Made by a program: the position numbers and the translations under genes. DNA of 64,000 bases from an uncultured Bacteroidota bacterium (GTDB taxonomy: Bacteria; Bacteroidota; Bacteroidia; UKL13-3), in NCBI GenBank assembly GCA_903910445.1, contig CAIVZR010000014.1, forward strand, positions 48,432 to 112,431. Reading direction: 5' to 3'. This document shows positions 56,560 through 64,000 of this stretch, in pieces. The notes under the pieces were generated by a model, which searched no databases, had not been told where the DNA came from, and saw only the letters and a program-made list of their open reading frames with translations. Every line of letters starts with the position of its first letter. Positions within the stretch are counted from its first letter, which is position 1.

Positions 56560-57345
56560 CTAAAGGCTACCTGTTCGGCCTCCATCAACGGGCACATTGA
56601 TACCATTGATATACGCTGCAAAATCGCTCGCTAAGAAGGCAGCAGCATAAGCTGGTTCTTCTGGATTGGCGAATCTACCGGCAGGGATTTCATGTAGCAT
56701 TTCTTCACGAGCAATTTCTTCACTTATATTCTTCCGCTTTGCATTATTCATGATAATCGTTTGCAATCGCTCGGTATTGGTAGCTCCTGGCAGAATATTA
56801 TTCACCGTGATACCATAAACGCCTAACTCGTTGGCCATGGTTTTACTCCAGCTTGCCACGGCGCCACGAATGGTATTGCTTACACCTAAATTTTTTAAAG
56901 GTATTTTAACTGAGGTAGAAATGATATTAATAATTCGCCCCCACTGTTTGATTTTCATTTGAGGAATTAACCCTTGAACAAGAATTTGATTGCAAATCAA
57001 ATGTTGCTGAAATGCCATTAAAAACTGCTCGGGTTTGGCCTCCTCTATTGGGCCAGAGGCTGGACCTCCAGTATTGTTAATTAGTATATCAATATGATGT
57101 TTGGACGTAATGTCGGCCACAACGGCTTTCAATGATTCGGGCTGGCTAAAATCGGCCAACGTATAGAAATGTTTTTGTTGATTTGGTGCAGGAAGGGCAT
57201 TCAATGCCACTTGTAATGTAGCTTCATTGCGTGCTAGCAAGCATACAGTGGCTCCACTTGCCGCTAGCTGTGTTGCAATTGCATTTCCAATACCTTGTGT
57301 ACTTCCGCATACCAGGGCAGTTTTTCCAGAGAGGTCGATAATCAT
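56560..57345 (-). CDS. SDR-family short-chain dehydrogenase/reductase
   Basis: GKTALVCGSTQGIGNAIA (TGxxxGIG) and the NNTG motif; 261 aa. Confidence 0.8.
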   Translation of the reverse strand: MIIDLSGKTALVCGSTQGIGNAIATQLAASGATVCLLARNEATLQVALNALPAPNQQKHFYTLADFSQPESLKAVVADITSKHHIDILINNTGGPASGPIEEAKPEQFLMAFQQHLICNQILVQGLIPQMKIKQWGRIINIISTSVKIPLKNLGVSNTIRGAVASWSKTMANELGVYGITVNNILPGATNTERLQTIIMNNAKRKNISEEIAREEMLHEIPAGRFANPEEPAYAAAFLASDFAAYINGINVPVDGGRTGSL

Positions 57346-57465
57346 GTTTACTTTAATTTACAACCCGCTTTTAATCGCGGATATGGTGTGAAAATAAATA
57401 AAAAAAGCACAATACATATTTTACTTTTGCAAAGATATTTGGTTATCTTTAAGGATTGTTTCAAT

Positions 57466-59520
57466 ATGAAAAAGTTTATCACATTATTTCTAATTTCACT
57501 AAGTCTTACGCTTAGTGCTCAAAATCAAACTTTACTTACTCCTGAATTTCTCTGGAAATTAGGTAGAGTATCCGACCCTCAAATAAGTGAAGATGGGAAG
57601 AATATTCTTTACAATGTGCGATACTATGATGTTGCTGAAAACAAAGGCCAATCGGATATTTACCGAGTGAGTGCCGATGGTAAAACTATTGTTAGAATTA
57701 CAAGCACACAAAACGCTAGTGAGAGCAGCGCCCGTTGGATGTCTGATGGGAAAATTGCCTATTTAAGTGATGCTCTCGGTGCTGTTAATCTATATATTAC
57801 CGATATGAATGGAGCTAGCCCTAAAAAAGCCAATGGAGTTCCTGCAAACATTACCAACTTTGGATTTAGTAAACGTAATGACATGCTTTACTATACTTTA
57901 GATGTTAAAGTAGGTAAGACTACAGCCGATCTGTATCCTGACCTTCCAAAAGCAACAGGGAAAATTATTGATGGATTGATGTATCGTCACTGGAATGCTT
58001 GGGAAGATGAATATTATTCGCATTTATTTGTGGTGAAATTCAAGAATGGCAGCACTATCGATGAGCCCATCGATATTATGAAAAACGAGCCCTATGAAAC
58101 GCCATTACAACCTTTTGGTGGTGATGAGCAAATAGGCTGGAGCCCTGATGGTTCACGTATTGCCTATACCAGTAAGAAGTTAGAGGGTACCTTATCAGCC
58201 ATAAGCACCAATAGTGAGATTTATGTTTATAATCTCTTCAGTCAGAAGACCGAGAATAAAAGCTTAGGTAATTATGGGTATGATATCAACCCGCAATTCT
58301 CTTCCGATGGAATACAATTGATGTGGTTGAGCATGGATAAAAACGGGTATGAAGCTGACAAAAGCAATATCACTGTTTATGATTTTGGAATGCTAACTCG
58401 TCAAAATATCACTGAGAAATTTAAGTATAGTATTGAGAAAGCACAATGGAGCAGTGATGGCAAAATGATTTATTTTAACGCCGCTGTTGAAGGGGCAGTT
58501 CAAATGTTCTCTACAACCAATTTAGAATCAGGTAATAAGGTAGTTCAACTTACGGATGCCGATCAAGATGTTTCTGAATTCACCGTAGGTCAAACTGGAA
58601 GAACACCATTCATTATTGGAAGTATTATGAGTTTAAGCTATCCAAATGAATTGTATATATTTAATCCTGGAAGCAAACCACGCAAACTCACCAATGTAAA
58701 CACTGAATTACTCTCCCATATAAAGATGGGAAGAGTGGAAAAAAGGGAGATTCGTGCAAAAGATGGAAAAGAGATTCTTACTTGGGTGGTATATCCGCCT
58801 GATTTCAATGCTAAGTCAAAGAAAAAATACCCAGCATTATTATATTGCCAAGGTGGCCCACAAAGCCCAGTGAGTCAGTTTTTTAGCTACCGTTGGAACC
58901 TTCAGTTGATGGCGGCGAATGGATATATTGTGGTGGCTCCTAATCGAAGAGGTTTGCCAGGATTCGGTCAAGAATGGACCGATGAGATCGCTGGTGATTG
59001 GGGCGGATTAGCGATGTCGGATCTGTTAAGCGCTATTGACGATGTTGCGAGTGAGTCTTATGTAAACAAAGATAAATTAGGATGTGTGGGCGCAAGCTAC
59101 GGCGGATATAGTGTGTATTGGATGGCCGGTAATCATGATAAACGTTTTAAATGTTTCATCGCACATTGTGGCGTATTTGATATGAATAGCATGTATGGGA
59201 CCACTGAAGAAATGTTTTTTGTGAATCATGATTTTAAAGGACCTTATTGGCAAAAAGAAAATGCCAATCAATACAACCAATTTTCTCCAGATAGATTTGT
59301 GAAAAATTGGGATGCACCGATACTTATTGTTCATAACGAAAAGGATTTTAGAGTACCCTTAGGGCAAGGTATGGAAGCCTTCACTGCAGCTCAAATCAGA
59401 GGTGTTCCATCACGATTCTTATATTTCCCTGATGAAGGCCACTGGGTAACCAAACCACAAAATAGTATTCTATGGCAAAGAGTTTTCTTTGAATGGTTAG
59501 ATAAATACCTGAAAAATTAA
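57466..59520 (+). CDS. S9-family serine peptidase with N-terminal TolB/WD40-like beta-propeller
   Basis: Signal peptide MKKFITLFLISLSLTLSAQ. Catalytic-domain nucleophile elbow GASYGGY, with the D and H triad residues downstream. The ORF-track N-extension was rejected. Confidence 0.8.
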   Translation: MKKFITLFLISLSLTLSAQNQTLLTPEFLWKLGRVSDPQISEDGKNILYNVRYYDVAENKGQSDIYRVSADGKTIVRITSTQNASESSARWMSDGKIAYLSDALGAVNLYITDMNGASPKKANGVPANITNFGFSKRNDMLYYTLDVKVGKTTADLYPDLPKATGKIIDGLMYRHWNAWEDEYYSHLFVVKFKNGSTIDEPIDIMKNEPYETPLQPFGGDEQIGWSPDGSRIAYTSKKLEGTLSAISTNSEIYVYNLFSQKTENKSLGNYGYDINPQFSSDGIQLMWLSMDKNGYEADKSNITVYDFGMLTRQNITEKFKYSIEKAQWSSDGKMIYFNAAVEGAVQMFSTTNLESGNKVVQLTDADQDVSEFTVGQTGRTPFIIGSIMSLSYPNELYIFNPGSKPRKLTNVNTELLSHIKMGRVEKREIRAKDGKEILTWVVYPPDFNAKSKKKYPALLYCQGGPQSPVSQFFSYRWNLQLMAANGYIVVAPNRRGLPGFGQEWTDEIAGDWGGLAMSDLLSAIDDVASESYVNKDKLGCVGASYGGYSVYWMAGNHDKRFKCFIAHCGVFDMNSMYGTTEEMFFVNHDFKGPYWQKENANQYNQFSPDRFVKNWDAPILIVHNEKDFRVPLGQGMEAFTAAQIRGVPSRFLYFPDEGHWVTKPQNSILWQRVFFEWLDKYLKN

Positions 59521-59532
59521 AATGTAATAAGC

Positions 59533-59564
59533 GAACCGGAACGTAATTTTCGGTTCTTTTTTTT
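59533..59564 (+). terminator. Candidate terminator after the S9 peptidase gene
   Basis: GAACCGgaacgtaattttCGGTTCtttttttt; the T-tract overlaps the stop codon of the convergent minus-strand gene. Confidence 0.45.
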
Positions 59565-60201
59565 AGAAATCTACTCCTGAAATATCTCTCAAATTATCTA
59601 CAGAATTTTTACTTGTATTAATTCCTTTTTGAACTTTTGAAGGCAATACGAAAAGATATTGTGCCAATGTTCGAGTAAATTCAATTGCTTGCTTTGCGTC
59701 ATCAACGGTAGGGAGGCTTGAAGAGAAATCGGAAGGACGTTGATCCTTAGCATAAAGTCGAACTTCATGAGCCCATTCTTCCATTTCCTTGGGCATTAAA
59801 CCATCGGTAATAGCGTAGCTTATACGTGAGTAGATACCACCTTCCATATAGCCCTTTTCTTTAAACATGGCATCGATAGCGCTGGCGCATAACATTACAG
59901 CGCCTGCAGGAGCAAAAGTACTATCAATAGCTTGTTGAAGGAAAGTTCTAACTTTGGGAGGCAAAGCCTCATCTACCGTTTCCATTTCTGGATAATACTT
60001 GACCACCATTCGAATCGTTTCATTACAATAGGCGGTGACCACACCTCCACAGCGTGCACAGATATAAACCCTCCAGAATCTTAAATTAGTAGCATTATCT
60101 TCTTTTGTTGTAAACTCTGGAATTAAGCCTGAAAGATTCGGATTGCTGATATGACAGTGCGGACACCTACTGATTTTTAAATGATTATCTAGATTTGGCA
60201 T
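59563..60201 (-). CDS. Zinc-ribbon + DUF4145 domain protein
   Basis: N-terminal Cys/His pairs CPHCH...CARCGG. The C-terminal 150 aa (AVMLCASAIDAMFKEKGY...LMPKEMEEWAHEVRLYAKDQRP...VDDAKQAIEFTRTLAQYLFVLP) matches the helical DUF4145 pattern seen at the C-termini of type I restriction R subunits and Abi-related proteins. Confidence 0.5.
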   Translation of the reverse strand: MPNLDNHLKISRCPHCHISNPNLSGLIPEFTTKEDNATNLRFWRVYICARCGGVVTAYCNETIRMVVKYYPEMETVDEALPPKVRTFLQQAIDSTFAPAGAVMLCASAIDAMFKEKGYMEGGIYSRISYAITDGLMPKEMEEWAHEVRLYAKDQRPSDFSSSLPTVDDAKQAIEFTRTLAQYLFVLPSKVQKGINTSKNSVDNLRDISGVDF

Positions 60202-60465
60202 TCTTCTTTGTCCTACTTGGTAACTAATTCTGCGAAGGAATGTAATCGATTAAACACGAATTATATTCTCACAGATTTTGTTGCAAGTTAATATTTTTTG
60301 ATGCGATGCACAAAATGAAAACTCAATTATTTTACACCGTTCGGTTGTAATGCCTATTATAATTGACTTCTAAATTTAGTCTGCCTTCTCAGTTATTATC
60401 CTTTGAGCCGATTTTTGGCATGGTAAAAGAATACAACAACCCAATAAGCCTTGAATATAATAGGC

Positions 60466-60496
60466 ATAAAAAACGCACCCTGGTGGAGGGTGCGTT
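60466..60496 (-). terminator. Rho-independent terminator of nrdJ
   Basis: Minus-strand sequence aaCGCACCCTccaccAGGGTGCGttttt, 30 nt after the stop at 60527. Confidence 0.55.
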
Positions 60497-60526
60497 AATT
60501 TTAATCTAAACTACCTGATCTCTATC

Positions 60527-63500
60527 TTAGCTACAGCCAAGACTGTTACCGCAATTGAGGCATTTATAACATACTCCGCTACGAACAGTTGTATGGAAGC
60601 ATACATTACAAATAGGTGCGTCGCTTTGTTGGTTTTTGTTATGTTCATTCATCTGACTCAAACCGGAATCGTCGCTGTTTACTACTTTGCTTGCAACCAT
60701 CGGCGTTACTTCACTTACCTGCTCGCTCATAGTTTTAGAAACCGGTACTGGTTTCACCTCAACATCGCTGAAGTTATTGATATTGCTTGCATCAAAGGAG
60801 CGATTCGGCTTCACTTGAACCAAGTCGTCGTTACTTAAGTATTCGAACCCTAAAAGGCGGAATACGAAATCAACTATTGAATTACAATTTTTGATATTAT
60901 CATGACCTTCAACAAACCCAGCAGGTTCAAAGCGGGTGAAGGCAAATTTCTCAACGTATTCTTCCAATGGAACACCATATTGCAAACCGATAGATACTGC
61001 GATTGCAAAGCAGTTCATTAAACTACGAACGGTGGTCCCTTCTTTGTGAAGATCGATGAAGATTTCTCCCAAGGTATCATCTTCATAATTACCTGTACGA
61101 ACGAATACTGTTTGTCCGCCGATTTTCACTTTTTGAGTAAAGCCAGCACGCTTATTAGGTAGACGTTTTTTCTCAACGATATTAGAGAGTTTGCGTTTGA
61201 AAATAGTATCAGTACTTGAGTTGATAATACGTATCGCTGCATTTAATACTTCATCTGGAGTTAATTCAGCAACTTTCTTATCAGCATTTTCAGCGAGAAT
61301 TTTTTCAACCATTTCAAGACTAGGCTCCATGGTTTCTTCTTCATCTTTCACCTCGCTCTTGGTACTTAGTGGCTGTGATAATTTACATCCATCACGATAT
61401 AATGCATTCGCTTTCAATCCAAGGCTCCAGCTCATTTCGTAGCATGCAGCAATTTCGTCGATGGTTGCTTCATTAGGCAAGTTGATGGTTTTGCTAATCG
61501 CTCCACTCATGAAAGGTTGAGCCGCTGCCATCATCCGAATATGTGAATGTGCATGTAAGAAACGCTCTCCGTGATTTCCATTGCGGTTGGCGGTATCAAA
61601 TACTGGAAGATGTTCTTCTTTTAAGTTGGGAGCACCTTCAATCATCATACTTCCGCATACCCATGTATTGGCTTGTTCAATTTCTTTGCGGCTGAAACCT
61701 AGTGAACGTAGCATATTGAAGTTAGGTGCTTCATATTGTTCACGGGTAAAGCCAAGACGTTCCATGGTATCTTCTCCCAAAGAGAATTTATTGAAAACAA
61801 ATTCTATTTGGAATGCTGTTTTTAATTGTGCTTCTACTTTAGCAATATCTTCTTTGGTAAAACCATGCGTTTGTAATGCATAGTGGCTAACGCTTTCGCT
61901 CCCTACCAAAGTACCATGACCGATGATATATTTTTCAATAGCATCCATATCCGATTGCACATAACCTAAGTTTTTCAATGCTGCAGGAACGGCTTGATTC
62001 ACAATCTTGAAATAACCTCCACCACTTAATTTTTTGTATTTTACTAATGAGAAATCGGGCTCAATACCTGTAGTATCGCAATCCATTAATAATCCAATTG
62101 TTCCAGTAGGAGCGATAACGGTTGTTTGGGCATTTCTGTAACCAAACTTCTCTCCCATTTCTAAAGCCGCATCCCATGCATTGCAAGCAGCTGTAAGCAA
62201 TTCGCTTGGGCAATATTTAGGATCGATTCCCACTGGCTTCACTGATAATCCCTCACAATTAGCAACAGTATTATAAGCAGCGTAGCGGTGATTTCGCATT
62301 ACACGTAACATGTGATTTTTATTTTCAGTATACTTAGGGAATGCACCCAACACTTCGGCCATTTCAGCTGAAGTAGCATAAGAACGACCTGTTAAAATAG
62401 CTGATACAGCACCACAGATTGCGGTAGCTTCTGGGCTATCGTAAGGAATACCTGAAACCATCAATACGGTTCCTAAATTAGCATATCCCAAACCTAGAGT
62501 ACGGTAGTCATAACTCAATTGTGCCACTTCAGGGCTAGGGAATTGAGCCATCAATACCGAAATTTCCAATACCATCGTCCATAAACGGGTGGCATGTTCA
62601 ATGGCTTTAACATTAAGTTCGCGGGTATCGGCATTATAAAACTTCATTAAGTTTAAAGAAGCCAAGTTACAAGCGGTATTATCGAGGAACATATACTCGC
62701 TGCAAGGGTTACTTGCATTGATTCGTCCTCCTTCAGGGCAAGTATGCCATTCATTGATTGTTGTGTCGAATTGAACACCTGGATCGGCACATGCCCAAGC
62801 GGCTTCGTTAATTAGATTCCACATGTCGCGTGCTTTCACCGATTCCATAATACGGCCATCAGTACGAGCAATTAAATTCCAGTCTCCATCAGCATGCAAT
62901 GCTTCGAAGAATGAATTTGGAATACGAACAGAGTTATTGCTGTTTTGTCCGGCAACGGTAGCATATGCTTCACCTTCGTAACCACTATCATAACCGGCAG
63001 CGATTAAGGCAGCGACTTTTTTCTCTTCGCCCATTTTCCATTTAATGAATTCCATTACTTCTGGATGGTCGAGGTCGAGACAAACCATTTTTGCGGCACG
63101 TCGTGTAGTTCCACCACTTTTGATTGCACCAGCAGCGCGGTCACCAATTTTCAAGAAGCTCATCAAACCACTAGAAGTACCACCTCCACTTAATCTTTCG
63201 CCACCACCACGAATACGGCTAAAGTTGGTACCAACACCACTACCATATTTAAAGATACGTGCTTCACGTACCCATAAATCCATGATTCCACCTTCGTTAA
63301 CCAAGTCGTCATCTACACTTAAAATAAAGCAAGCATGAGGCTGTGGGCGCTCGTAAGCAGATGTTGATTTTTCCAGCTGACCAGTTATAGGATTCACGAA
63401 ATAGTGTCCTTGTGGCTTTCCTGTAATTCCATATTCGCTATGTAATCCAGTATTGAACCATTGAGGAGAGTTGGGTGCAGTATATTGACCTACAATAGTG

Positions 63501-63874
63501 AATGCGATTTCATCATAAAATTTTTGAGCATCGGCAGGCGTTGCGAAATATCCATACTCTTCACCCCATTTCTTCCAGCAATTAGCCAAACGGTGAGCTA
63601 CTTGTTTAATACTACGCTCGCCTCCTGTAGTTCCGTCGGGTTGAGGAACCCCCGCTCTTCTAAAATATTTCTGTGCTAAAATATCTGTGGCCGTCTGCGA
63701 CCAGGTTGTCGGGACCTCTACATTTTTAAGTTCGAATATTGTTTTACCTGAGGGATCTTTAATTACACTTGTACGCAGATCATAATTGAATAAGTCGTAT
63801 ACGTTGGTGCTGTCCTTTGTAAAAAATCGGTCAATCTTAAGACCCTTGTTTGGTGTAGTAGATTTTTTTGCCAT
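60527..63874 (-). CDS. nrdJ: Adenosylcobalamin-dependent (class II) ribonucleoside-diphosphate reductase with C-terminal Cys-rich zinc ribbon
   Basis: 1115 aa. Class II RNR regions include the active-site PCSEY-like NPCSEYMF, and the thiyl-radical Cys loop. The C-terminus reads CNVCFHTTVRSGVCYKCLNCGNSLGCS. Confidence 0.9.
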   Translation of the reverse strand: MAKKSTTPNKGLKIDRFFTKDSTNVYDLFNYDLRTSVIKDPSGKTIFELKNVEVPTTWSQTATDILAQKYFRRAGVPQPDGTTGGERSIKQVAHRLANCWKKWGEEYGYFATPADAQKFYDEIAFTIVGQYTAPNSPQWFNTGLHSEYGITGKPQGHYFVNPITGQLEKSTSAYERPQPHACFILSVDDDLVNEGGIMDLWVREARIFKYGSGVGTNFSRIRGGGERLSGGGTSSGLMSFLKIGDRAAGAIKSGGTTRRAAKMVCLDLDHPEVMEFIKWKMGEEKKVAALIAAGYDSGYEGEAYATVAGQNSNNSVRIPNSFFEALHADGDWNLIARTDGRIMESVKARDMWNLINEAAWACADPGVQFDTTINEWHTCPEGGRINASNPCSEYMFLDNTACNLASLNLMKFYNADTRELNVKAIEHATRLWTMVLEISVLMAQFPSPEVAQLSYDYRTLGLGYANLGTVLMVSGIPYDSPEATAICGAVSAILTGRSYATSAEMAEVLGAFPKYTENKNHMLRVMRNHRYAAYNTVANCEGLSVKPVGIDPKYCPSELLTAACNAWDAALEMGEKFGYRNAQTTVIAPTGTIGLLMDCDTTGIEPDFSLVKYKKLSGGGYFKIVNQAVPAALKNLGYVQSDMDAIEKYIIGHGTLVGSESVSHYALQTHGFTKEDIAKVEAQLKTAFQIEFVFNKFSLGEDTMERLGFTREQYEAPNFNMLRSLGFSRKEIEQANTWVCGSMMIEGAPNLKEEHLPVFDTANRNGNHGERFLHAHSHIRMMAAAQPFMSGAISKTINLPNEATIDEIAACYEMSWSLGLKANALYRDGCKLSQPLSTKSEVKDEEETMEPSLEMVEKILAENADKKVAELTPDEVLNAAIRIINSSTDTIFKRKLSNIVEKKRLPNKRAGFTQKVKIGGQTVFVRTGNYEDDTLGEIFIDLHKEGTTVRSLMNCFAIAVSIGLQYGVPLEEYVEKFAFTRFEPAGFVEGHDNIKNCNSIVDFVFRLLGFEYLSNDDLVQVKPNRSFDASNINNFSDVEVKPVPVSKTMSEQVSEVTPMVASKVVNSDDSGLSQMNEHNKNQQSDAPICNVCFHTTVRSGVCYKCLNCGNSLGCS

Positions 63875-64000
63875 TGATATCGTGTGAATTTATACTTATA
63901 ATACTTGAATTGTCATTTTTGGGTCACCGAAAATATCTAGGGGAAACGATTCCCTTCTCACTTTTTAAAGTTCTTAATTTTAGAAAAGAAATAAGATATT

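Noticed and set aside
63941-63954. Small inverted repeat gggaaacgattccc upstream of nrdJ
   Set aside because: The stem is only 5 bp and bears no resemblance to a B12 box or an NrdR box.

Overview
This 64 kb window looks like chromosomal DNA from a low-GC member of Bacteroidota, probably Flavobacteriia, Cytophagia or Sphingobacteriia. Supporting signs are T9SS C-terminal sorting domains on three secreted proteins, a gldK-gldL-gldM-gldN gliding/T9SS core operon preceded by two tandem PorP/SprF paralogs, TAnnTTTG-type promoter boxes, and mostly ATG starts without Shine-Dalgarno sequences. The window is densely coded, with about 55 genes. Most of these are housekeeping genes. The remainder are cell-envelope and secretion genes: a 1922-aa mosaic T9SS adhesin, an OmpA/TSP3 protein, GT39 and GT2 glycosyltransferases, and two convergent ECF sigma/anti-sigma modules. 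No rRNA, tRNA, CRISPR array, transposase or integrase was recognisable. The features I would look at first are these. (i) The porP/sprF-porP/sprF-gldKLMN locus. (ii) Two divergent genes (a T9SS beta-propeller-like protein and an M14 peptidase) whose start codons appear to share one CATG palindrome next to an A9/T9 homopolymer tract. (iii) A four-fold repeated GGTGGGTT motif in the divergent control region of an ECF sigma gene and a small PSCyt1-like lipoprotein gene. (iv) A translationally coupled DUF1272(zinc ribbon)-OsmC pair. (v) An orphan zinc-ribbon + DUF4145 protein next to nrdJ. (vi) A decayed YdeI/OmpD-associated pseudogene. All calls are from reading the sequence and the supplied ORF translations; no database search was run.
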